A stretch of 64,000 nucleotides of DNA, taken from contig CAYMRP010000007.1 of the NCBI GenBank assembly GCA_964392925.1, positions 2,214 through 66,213 on the forward strand, given 5' to 3'. A program made the translations under genes and the position numbers. Position 1 is the stretch's first letter. Each line of letters starts with the position of its first letter. Of the stretch, positions 30,401 to 37,173 are shown in pieces. This DNA is from an uncultured Gammaproteobacteria bacterium. Lineage in GTDB: Bacteria; Patescibacteriota; Microgenomatia; Daviesbacterales; UBA10151. The notes under the pieces were generated by a model, which was given only the letters and a program-made list of their open reading frames with translations, searched no databases and was not told the DNA's origin.

Positions 30401-30662
30401 TTTTATTGGTGATGGTCAGGACACCTCAGGAAATTCTCAAAAAGTGAAAGAGTTTTTACAATTGACTGAATCTGAGCGTGGATTTGGAGAACACATGTTA
30501 TCGGCAATTATGCTTGGTGATGAATCACAAAGGAAAGAACTGGCAGCAATTTTTGGAGATGAACACACAACAGTTGCACCTAACTTTGATGATTTAATTG
30601 AACAAAGTATGTATAAATTTGATGAAGATATCGAGGTTTATTTAGCAGATAAAACAATTTGA
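27447..30662 (+). CDS. Transglutaminase-like domain + Gln-rich linker + vWA domain protein
   Basis: ECYSAN...GIPARLVIG, GHAWTEVW, DATP (Cys-His-Asp); VDVSGSM MIDAS, GGTN, IGDG. Confidence 0.85.
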   Translation: MDRERGELPRQPLQRDNLAREKIFLAEQASEGGLKVVPGKSWAFHYPNGAEARSAAISGLLKGRVKPDEVTGDLKPDAFTYDVADLETQGLPSVSGRVRDVSSYVTHYDYPRFAQFVSEMQGTGMEADTAQSLYDGIAQSRIRKKMIDSYGYTGRKQMEDALKLEAERTAQQIGGLPKVEKVLAALKMNWLAEDLQLARTEQRDQAVGQLSADERELYDQLKDSYQGYVRKGDQGDYEKLVKGVKENIPRIQQAQQEPQTDESQEKLEQELEQYKDKVEPPGMPGDPAIPPEDSDEYHTPPVMPGESKEQASQRPIFEITPSGSSTNPLTGYYASGRKSYYDVDRKTWSKRKQLSSYNSTLFGSERQTISGTTTAGLKSIPIPNGYGLDMASLKFNGARPEILRDQNGCFYIKTDGSNSFSVDFLKQDTPFAGPPVADDIIPIHRGQLSPETEQRMFSLAGGTLDKAEQLRQYLLSKHFYPGDGDLEMAQSLQLKLRSESTGDNYIQNLDQSEYLECYSANTLYLAMLRKTGIPARLVIGHKVEGAKDGKAAIDATTGHAWTEVWDGVAWRRMDATPSPKQQKKDQGKDQNSPTQEAQDGGIERQDQGQQQQGEGQPQQGEGQPQQGQPQDGQQGQPQQGESQQGEPQQGGPGQPGESMPGSQMGEASDQDISQGESQLDNAKQFSQQQEQQKRSMDQQLQDTKSFEDLKKLEQQAEKSDLFDDMKEDLQQKMEAKEEQMKESMKENLDQMVQDGFLDEDRRQELEQQLDKNKLEDLDRIRQQIERESRLFNEYQEIKEDVAPLVDQWFDYFVERLPRQDEVELDEDSLTRQGAFNRHSVMRPRNLLFGTVKNPRVIKPSIKPKFLASIMVDVSGSMAGEKLNMARKQLVFYNELFSRISEEFGFIRYANNIFSDTVVELKSYDQEYDSPTRYDWSDGSKSTIKARLMQAVRTQGGTNMLPAIQKAAADLNKETFEYPDYASSFYFIGDGQDTSGNSQKVKEFLQLTESERGFGEHMLSAIMLGDESQRKELAAIFGDEHTTVAPNFDDLIEQSMYKFDEDIEVYLADKTI
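29277..29326 (+). repeat. In-frame 21-bp tandem repeat (QQGEGQP)
   Basis: CAACAGGGCGAGGGGCAACCA x2 plus partial copy. Confidence 0.85.
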
Positions 30663-30680
30663 TTAATTAATTCTTAGATT

Positions 30681-30702
30681 ACCCTACCTCTCTACTCACT
30701 AT
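30681..30702 (+). repeat. 22-bp element motif copy 2 (ACCCTACCTCTCTACTCACTAT)
   Basis: 21/22 identical to 21333-21354; both are followed by AGCT and a TATA(C/A)T -10 box. Confidence 0.85.
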
Positions 30703-30739
30703 ATTTTCAAAGCTAGTATAATCAGCTGATTAAATAAAT

Positions 30740-31957
30740 ATGAGTATAAAAATTAAAAAGAGTGATCTGCAACCTTCCTTTAGGCAAAAAGATCTAATGA
30801 CAAAAAGTAACTTTATAAGTTACTGCTATCAATATGGGGTAAGAACCGGGGATAGTGAATTGGAATTTTTAGAAAAGAAAGGTTTATTTTTTCCGGCGGT
30901 TAGAGTTTATAGAGAGGCTGTTGAGATGCGGGAAATATATGCAACATTTGATGGTGAAAAGCAATGGAGATTGGTCCCACGACATTATGTTGATGTTGAT
31001 CCGATACCTTTTGATGAAGTGAAGCCGGACGTTTTTTATATTTTTGATTCTCTTCATCTAGGTGCTCATAATTGGCTTGATCCTTATAAGGTGCGGGGTA
31101 TGGTGGAATACCCTGCTAATAGGAAATTTAAGGCTTGGAATGAGCGGATTAATAATTCCGTTGCAATAGCTAAAGAAGCGGATGACTTAGGAAGTGCATT
31201 TGAAACATTTTATGGGAAGAATCAGCTTTATGCACTTAAGTTCTTACAAAGTCGATTAACTTTAGAAATTAGAGATGCGGGATTGTTTAGAACTCCTGAA
31301 GAATGGGTTAAATTGGGGGAATCAGTAACAAAAATGTTTACGACAGAAGTAACCAATAAATTTCTTAAAGAGACGATGCTTAATTATAATAAATTTTTTG
31401 CTTTTGTGGATGATTTAGCAAGGCTTTGGGATGAAAGAACAGTTGAGTTGGATATTGAGTTTTCAAGGATGAAAAAGGTACTTGAGAAACCAGAAGAATC
31501 CGATTTGAATCCAACTGATATTGTGGAGGCGGAAAATAGGGTGGATGAATCACTCAAAGCCAAAGCTGCAGAATTATTAAAAAGGCATACTATCCCAATG
31601 AATGAGCTAGATAATTGGCGGGTTACACTTTTGAGCTACGGTACTTTTGGTATACGGTTTAGATCAATAAGTCAGAAACCTTACTTGAACAAATTAAATG
31701 ATGAGGATCTGGCTAAATCAGAAGATCCCTATAAGATTGTGCATCAATTAAATTGGTTAATTGTAATTAATGGGGGACAGAAACTGACAATTAAGGAGCT
31801 TTTAATACGCTCGGGTTCATATCAAACCTGTAAGTATTGTGAGCGGGAATATAAACCAAAAAGGATTGATCAAACTAATTGCGGTTTACAGGATTGTCAA
31901 ATGAAGCATAAAAACGAACTCAAAAAAGAGAAACGCAAAGCAGGGATTTATAAGTAA
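30740..31957 (+). CDS. Hypothetical protein with C-terminal zinc finger (possible regulator)
   Basis: CKYC...NCGLQDC followed by basic tail. Confidence 0.7.
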   Translation: MSIKIKKSDLQPSFRQKDLMTKSNFISYCYQYGVRTGDSELEFLEKKGLFFPAVRVYREAVEMREIYATFDGEKQWRLVPRHYVDVDPIPFDEVKPDVFYIFDSLHLGAHNWLDPYKVRGMVEYPANRKFKAWNERINNSVAIAKEADDLGSAFETFYGKNQLYALKFLQSRLTLEIRDAGLFRTPEEWVKLGESVTKMFTTEVTNKFLKETMLNYNKFFAFVDDLARLWDERTVELDIEFSRMKKVLEKPEESDLNPTDIVEAENRVDESLKAKAAELLKRHTIPMNELDNWRVTLLSYGTFGIRFRSISQKPYLNKLNDEDLAKSEDPYKIVHQLNWLIVINGGQKLTIKELLIRSGSYQTCKYCEREYKPKRIDQTNCGLQDCQMKHKNELKKEKRKAGIYK

Positions 31958-32018
31958 CGGAACTCTTCCGGAACTTTCCATAAAGGCTGACTGGTTATTT
32001 TAATATTACCTTAGCTTT

Positions 32019-32291
32019 ATGGATAAAAATAAATATTCAGATAAATATTTCCGGTTAACAAACTTTTACCTAGCTGCCTTTCTATTTTCCAAAGGAATGG
32101 AATTGGTCAATATTGACCGTACCGATCCAAAACGCTCTGAGTTTGTATATTTAGATACCCCTGAAAGAGAACAATTAGTACAGAACTTTAATTTCGCTTC
32201 AGAAGACTCCCCTGAATCATTGGTTGATGTCCGTAAGTTTGTAATGGCGATAAAAATGCTTAAAGACAAGCTGTATCAGGAAAGGTATTGA
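32019..32291 (+). CDS. DUF5659-like small protein
   Basis: FRLTNFYLAAFL...LVNIDRTDPKRSEFVY pattern. Confidence 0.65.
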   Translation: MDKNKYSDKYFRLTNFYLAAFLFSKGMELVNIDRTDPKRSEFVYLDTPEREQLVQNFNFASEDSPESLVDVRKFVMAIKMLKDKLYQERY

Positions 32292-32295
32292 AGCG

Positions 32296-33789
32296 ATGGC
32301 AGACGATGAGTATAAAGATTTTGAAAAAAGATTTGAAGCAATACAGGAGCAGCAAAAGAAGCTGCGGTTGGATAAGTTGGAAAAAGAATTTCCACTTCCT
32401 GAGAGGGTTTTACATCTTCAACAGATTCATGCAGAAAAAGAAAAGGAAAAACTTAAGCAAGAATTAGAGCAGGTTGAGGAAGAGCCGCTAGTTGATGTAA
32501 CTCAATTTAAGCCCCTATCCGCGAGTGAGCTATTAAAAACTTTAGGGCTAACTATTAAAAGGGATGAGATAAATAAGCTGATTACTTTTCTTGCTCAACT
32601 GTCAGCCTATACGGAGGATTCCCAGTTAAATATTAGTTTTAACGCGCCGTCAGCATCCGGTAAATCCTATATCCCAACAGAAATTGCCCGGTTATTTCCA
32701 AGTAAAGATGTAATTGAAGTTGCCTATTGTTCACCAACTGCTTTTTTCCATGATTACGGGGAGTTTGATAAAGAAAAAGGCGGTTATATTGTTAATCTTT
32801 CCAGAAAAATTATTATCTTTTTGGACCAACCTCATACACTTCTGCTTCAACATTTAAGACCATTATTGTCGCATGACAACAAAATTATAAGACTTAAGGT
32901 TACTGACAAGTCTCAGAAAAAAGGGCTTCAAACTAAAAATATCTTTTTAATAGGGTACCCAACAGTCATATTTTGCACAGCCGGTTTGAATCTGGACGAA
33001 CAGGAAGCCACCCGATTTTTGCTTTTATCACCTGAAATTAACCAGGAGAAAATTAGAGAAGCAATTTTTGAGAAGATTAGGAAAGAATCGGATTCTGCAA
33101 ATTACAGTCACGAACTAGAGTCCGACCCCGGCAGAATTTCACTAAAAGATAGGATCCTTGCTATTAAGCAGGAAAATATTAAGGAGATTAAAATTGGAAA
33201 TCCGGAACTTGTAAAAAAGTTATTCATTGAGAGAATTAAAATATTCAAACCAAGAAATCAGCGGGATATTGGCAGGGTTATTAGTCTTATCAAAGTTTTT
33301 GCACTGTTTAACTTATGGTTTAGGGAGCGGAATGGTTCTTTAATTAAGGCAAATGATGAAGACATAACAGAGGCTTTTAAAGTCTGGGACGCTATATCCG
33401 AAAGCCAGGAATTAAACTTACCTCCGTTTGTTTATAACCTTTACAAAGATGTTGTAATTGCAGCATACAAGGACAGAAATGGCGAAACTGAGGGAGCAGT
33501 CAAAATTGGTTTAACCCGGTCCGATTTAATGCAAAAGCATTATCAGGTATATGGTAGATTTTTGCCAGATTGGATGTGGAGACAGCAGATTATCCCGCAG
33601 CTAGAAACCGCCGGACTGATTTCCCAAGAGCCGGACCCCACTGATAAAAGAAGAATTTTAGTTTACCCTACTCCTTTACTCACAAATTCCAGAGAACAAA
33701 ACTATAGTGAGTCTGGTGGTGGGGTAGATAGTGAAAAGGCTTTAGAAGACTTAACTAGGGAAATTTTTGAAGTGGAGGAGTCTGAATGA
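32296..33789 (+). CDS. P-loop ATPase/helicase-like protein of the element (probable replication protein)
   Basis: NAPSASGKS Walker A, IIIFLDQ Walker-B-like, ATRF; winged-helix-like C-terminus (LETAGLISQEPDPTDKR). Confidence 0.7.
   Translation: MADDEYKDFEKRFEAIQEQQKKLRLDKLEKEFPLPERVLHLQQIHAEKEKEKLKQELEQVEEEPLVDVTQFKPLSASELLKTLGLTIKRDEINKLITFLAQLSAYTEDSQLNISFNAPSASGKSYIPTEIARLFPSKDVIEVAYCSPTAFFHDYGEFDKEKGGYIVNLSRKIIIFLDQPHTLLLQHLRPLLSHDNKIIRLKVTDKSQKKGLQTKNIFLIGYPTVIFCTAGLNLDEQEATRFLLLSPEINQEKIREAIFEKIRKESDSANYSHELESDPGRISLKDRILAIKQENIKEIKIGNPELVKKLFIERIKIFKPRNQRDIGRVISLIKVFALFNLWFRERNGSLIKANDEDITEAFKVWDAISESQELNLPPFVYNLYKDVVIAAYKDRNGETEGAVKIGLTRSDLMQKHYQVYGRFLPDWMWRQQIIPQLETAGLISQEPDPTDKRRILVYPTPLLTNSREQNYSESGGGVDSEKALEDLTREIFEVEESE
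33665..33725. repeat. Inverted pair of the element motif inside the ATPase gene
   Basis: ACCCTACTCCTTTACTCAC (+, 33665-33683) and ACCCCACCACCAGACTCACTAT (-, 33704-33725; 18/22 to copy 1). Confidence 0.7.
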
Positions 33790-33971
33790 GAAAAATTACT
33801 CCTCTAAAGTTCCAGTTTAATTATATAGATAATCCTGATAGTGAAAGTAAAGTTAAGAGTGCCTATAGGAGGATTTTTAATATAGCAAAGCAAAATATTT
33901 TAGAGAGAAGAAAAATAAAGAAGAAAGGAGGAGAAAAACATGTTACAGGAAATTACATTACACAATTATAA
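33786..33971 (+). CDS. Small basic hypothetical protein
   Basis: ATGA overlap with ATPase gene. Confidence 0.6.
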   Translation: MRKITPLKFQFNYIDNPDSESKVKSAYRRIFNIAKQNILERRKIKKKGGEKHVTGNYITQL

Positions 33972-34206
33972 ACAACTAAAAAGTTTAATAGATGACTATC
34001 AGTTCGTTGAAAAGCAGCCAATCAAAGCAAAGAAGGATTTTATTCTTTACAAGGTGTTTTGGGTAGATGAATTTGAACCCAAGGAGATTAAAGAAGCTGA
34101 AGTTCTGATTAAAGATTTTAGTGAAGGAGTTTTAAATATGATGTGTAGTGAACCCGGACTCATGAGTGATTTTAGGGAATATATCGAAGATCTTAACGAG
34201 AACTAA
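33940..34206 (+). CDS. Small hypothetical protein
   Basis: SD AGGAGG upstream of ATG. Confidence 0.6.
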   Translation: MLQEITLHNYKQLKSLIDDYQFVEKQPIKAKKDFILYKVFWVDEFEPKEIKEAEVLIKDFSEGVLNMMCSEPGLMSDFREYIEDLNEN

Positions 34207-34217
34207 GAGTGAGATAG

Positions 34218-34246
34218 TTGACAATAATAGTACACAAAAGTACACT
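34218..34246 (+). promoter_or_regulatory. Promoter for xis-int
   Basis: TTGACA-17bp-TACACT. Confidence 0.65.
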
Positions 34247-34256
34247 AAAGTTAGAT

Positions 34257-34448
34257 ATGGATAATACCCAAGAAGAGTATCTAACCCCTGAGCAAGTTGC
34301 TGAAAAACTCAAAGTTAAAAAGATAACCATTTATAGAATGGCAAGAACAGGAAAACTTCCGGCTATAAAATTTGGTAAAAGCTGGAGAATTAACAGTATT
34401 AAATTAGCAGAGTTTTTAGAAAAGGAATCAAATAAAAATGAACGATAA
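34257..34448 (+). CDS. Excisionase-like HTH_17 DNA-binding protein
   Basis: YLTPEQVAEKLKV...TIYRMARTGKLPAIKFGKSWRI. Confidence 0.88.
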   Translation: MDNTQEEYLTPEQVAEKLKVKKITIYRMARTGKLPAIKFGKSWRINSIKLAEFLEKESNKNER

Positions 34449-36081
34449 TCAAACATCACAACCGCTAATAGCAGCTTTATACGCTCGTGTTTCCACCTCT
34501 AGGCAAGAGGAACAGGAGACTATTGGATCTCAGATTGAGGAGATTAAAGCAAGAATCCTAGCAGATGGGAATGTTTTACCAGCTGAAAACATCTTCCAAG
34601 ATGATGGTTGGACCGGCGAAATGTTACAAAGACCGGGACTGGATGCCATGCGAGATGCAGCTATGGCTGATGCTTTCAAAGTCTTATACGTTTATGACAG
34701 AGGTAGGCTTTCTAGGGTTTTTGCTTACCAAGAAATTATTCTTGAAGAAATAATCAATTTAGATATTAAGTTTGTTACTTTGCACGATGTAAAGGCTGAA
34801 ACTGCTGAGGAAAGAGTATTGCAGGCTATGCAGGGAGTATTTCATGAATATGAGAGGGTAAAGATTGCAGAAAGAATGAGGAGAGGAAAAATGTACAAGG
34901 CAAAAAACAATGTGCTTATTAATGGACACTCATTATATGGATGGAATTACATTAAAAAGACAGATACAAAACCGGCTCATTACACGATTAATGAGGAACA
35001 AGCTAGGGTAGTAAATATGATATTTGAATGGGTAGGTATTGAACAAATTTCTCTCAGAGAGGTCATTAAAAGACTCTATGATAAGGGTGTTAGCCCTAGA
35101 AAAGGTAAAAGTGAATTTTGGACAAAAGGTCCACTGGTTAGGTTATTAGGATGTGAATCTTATGTGACTGGGATTATCCATTACAACAAATCTGAAGCTA
35201 TAGTGGCTAAAAATCCTACAAAACACGATAAGTATAAAAAGGTAAAAAGAAGCAGTAGAAGAGAGAGACCAAGAGAGGATTGGCTGCCGTTTGAAGTCCC
35301 CATCATCTTAGAGGATAAAGAGCTTTTTAACAAAGTCCAGAGAATTTTAGACCACAATAAAAAATATGCTCGCAAGAATAAAAAATATAATTATTTACTC
35401 TCAGGATTAGTATTTTGTGAATGTGGTATTAGAAGAGCTGGTGATGGGGCAAACAGTCATGGACACCACTATTACCGTTGTGCTGAAAGGATTTATACCT
35501 TTCCAGCGAAGAATAAATGCACATCCCCCGGTGTTAATGCTGTTTTATTAGATGGTTTTACTTGGAAACACTTATCTGAATTCTTAACTAATCCACAGGA
35601 GCTGAGGAAACAAGCGGAAAAATACCTTAACTCCCAGAGAGATGATGTAATGCCTGCTCAAGAGTTGGTAAAGTTGGAATCTATAGTTCAGAAAATTGAG
35701 GAAGAAGAAAAAAGATATGCGAAGGCTTATGGTGCCGGGACTTTAGAATTTGAGCAGTATCTGGACTTAATGAAGGATGCCAAAAAGAGGAAAAATGTCC
35801 ATAAAGAACAGTTAAATTTATTGAGTCAAAAAGTTGTTCAAGATGATGTCAGCTCTATAGATGTTGATGAATTGTGTGAAGAGGCAACTAAGGTTTTAAA
35901 GAACATGGACCTGTCTAACAAAATTAAAGTGGTTAGGGATATAATAGACAAGATTATTATCAAAGAAAGGAGCAGTGTTGAAGTATGGGGACATTTACCT
36001 CTATTCAACCAAAAGTTGGGATATGGGACTGAGAGTAGGGATTGTTGGGTTGCCGAATGTGGGGAAATCTACGTTATTTAA
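34438..36081 (+). CDS. Large serine recombinase (integrase)
   Basis: ALYARVSTSRQ catalytic Ser, RPGL, DRGRLSR, recombinase domain, YLLSGLVFCECG...YYRC zinc ribbon, coiled coil; last 13 aa read in an alternative frame of host ychF. Confidence 0.95.
   Translation: MNDNQTSQPLIAALYARVSTSRQEEQETIGSQIEEIKARILADGNVLPAENIFQDDGWTGEMLQRPGLDAMRDAAMADAFKVLYVYDRGRLSRVFAYQEIILEEIINLDIKFVTLHDVKAETAEERVLQAMQGVFHEYERVKIAERMRRGKMYKAKNNVLINGHSLYGWNYIKKTDTKPAHYTINEEQARVVNMIFEWVGIEQISLREVIKRLYDKGVSPRKGKSEFWTKGPLVRLLGCESYVTGIIHYNKSEAIVAKNPTKHDKYKKVKRSSRRERPREDWLPFEVPIILEDKELFNKVQRILDHNKKYARKNKKYNYLLSGLVFCECGIRRAGDGANSHGHHYYRCAERIYTFPAKNKCTSPGVNAVLLDGFTWKHLSEFLTNPQELRKQAEKYLNSQRDDVMPAQELVKLESIVQKIEEEEKRYAKAYGAGTLEFEQYLDLMKDAKKRKNVHKEQLNLLSQKVVQDDVSSIDVDELCEEATKVLKNMDLSNKIKVVRDIIDKIIIKERSSVEVWGHLPLFNQKLGYGTESRDCWVAECGEIYVI
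36014..36041 (+). other. attR: left attP arm AGTTGGGATA, replacement ychF start, core AGTAGGGA
   Basis: Arm is the exact reverse complement of 19202-19211; core matches 19182-19189. Confidence 0.88.
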
Positions 36082-37120
36082 TAGTCTCTTGAAGAAGCGG
36101 GTGGCTTTGTCTGCGAATTATCCGTTTGCGACTATTGAGCCAAATACTGGGATTGTTGCAGTTCCTGATGAAAGGCTTTTGAAGCTTGCGGAAATTACAA
36201 AAGTAGAGGAGAAGATGGATTCTTTACCGCCGCTGGTTAATGCGACTGTTGAATTCGTTGATATTGCGGGGTTGGTTAAGGGGGCTTCAGAGGGAGCTGG
36301 TTTAGGGAATAAATTCTTGTCTCATATTCGCGAGGTTGACGCGATTATTCACGTACTTCGGGATTTTGAGGATTCTAATATTGTTCGTGAGGGTTCGGTG
36401 GATGCCTTATCTGATAGAGAAACAATTGAAACGGAACTTGCTTTAGCGGATATGCAGGTGATGGAGAAATTAATTGCCGGGCAGGAAAAGTTAGCGAGGA
36501 CAAATGGATCGGATCCGATTGAGAAACAAAAAATGGAGATTTTAAACTCAATAAATACGACACTTTCCGAAGGGAGAATGCTAGGAAAGTATGAGGTAGG
36601 GGATGAGAGATTGAAATTATGGTTTGAGACCTTGCCTTTATTAACTACGAAACCAGTACTGTATGTTTTTAATGTTGATGAAGGATCTTATGCGGGCAAG
36701 TTAGAACAGGTTGTTAATGATAACGAAATTTATATTTCGGCTAAGATCGAAGAGGAGTTGGTTGAATTATCAGATGAGGATAAAAATGAGTATTTGGCTG
36801 AACTTGGAATTAAAGAACCGGGACTTGAGAGATTAATTAAAAAGGCTTATTCACTATTAGGTCTGGCTTCGTTTTTGACTGCCGGGAAAAAAGAAGTTAA
36901 AGCCTGGACTTTTAAAACCGGAATGAAAGCTCCTGAGACCGCGGGAGTTATTCATACTGATTTTATTAAAAAATTTATCAGGGCTCAGGTGGTTTCTTAC
37001 GATCAATTAATGGAGGCAGGGAGTATGGCGATTGCGAAATCTAAGGGTTGGGTGAGAACTGAGGGTAAAGAATATGTAATGAAAGATGGAGATGTAGTTG
37101 AGTTTTTGATAGGTTCCTAG
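36023..37120 (+). CDS. ychF: Ribosome-binding ATPase YchF
   Basis: GIVGLPNVGKSTLFN, ANYPFATIEPN, DIAGLVKGASEGAGLGNKFL, EGKEYVMKDGDV. Confidence 0.97.
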   Translation: MGLRVGIVGLPNVGKSTLFNSLLKKRVALSANYPFATIEPNTGIVAVPDERLLKLAEITKVEEKMDSLPPLVNATVEFVDIAGLVKGASEGAGLGNKFLSHIREVDAIIHVLRDFEDSNIVREGSVDALSDRETIETELALADMQVMEKLIAGQEKLARTNGSDPIEKQKMEILNSINTTLSEGRMLGKYEVGDERLKLWFETLPLLTTKPVLYVFNVDEGSYAGKLEQVVNDNEIYISAKIEEELVELSDEDKNEYLAELGIKEPGLERLIKKAYSLLGLASFLTAGKKEVKAWTFKTGMKAPETAGVIHTDFIKKFIRAQVVSYDQLMEAGSMAIAKSKGWVRTEGKEYVMKDGDVVEFLIGS

Positions 37121-37173
37121 ATTTTATCTTACAAGCATTGACGAAGACACAGCCGGGTAGAGATAATAAATAA

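Larger units (their letters stand above)
19182..36041 (+). mobile_element. Integrative element with large serine recombinase, inserted in 5' end of ychF (~16.85 kb)
   Basis: Direct 8-bp core at both ends, inverted attP arms, terminal LSR plus excisionase-like HTH, P-loop ATPase, cargo genes. Confidence 0.9.

Noticed and set aside
34218-34256. TTG start for the excisionase-like ORF
   Set aside because: The TTG is part of a TTGACA -35 box; ATG 34257 fits the HTH_17 domain.
35975-36022. N-terminal extension of YchF in the ORF track
   Set aside because: It lies inside the integrase gene; YchF homology starts at ATG 36023.
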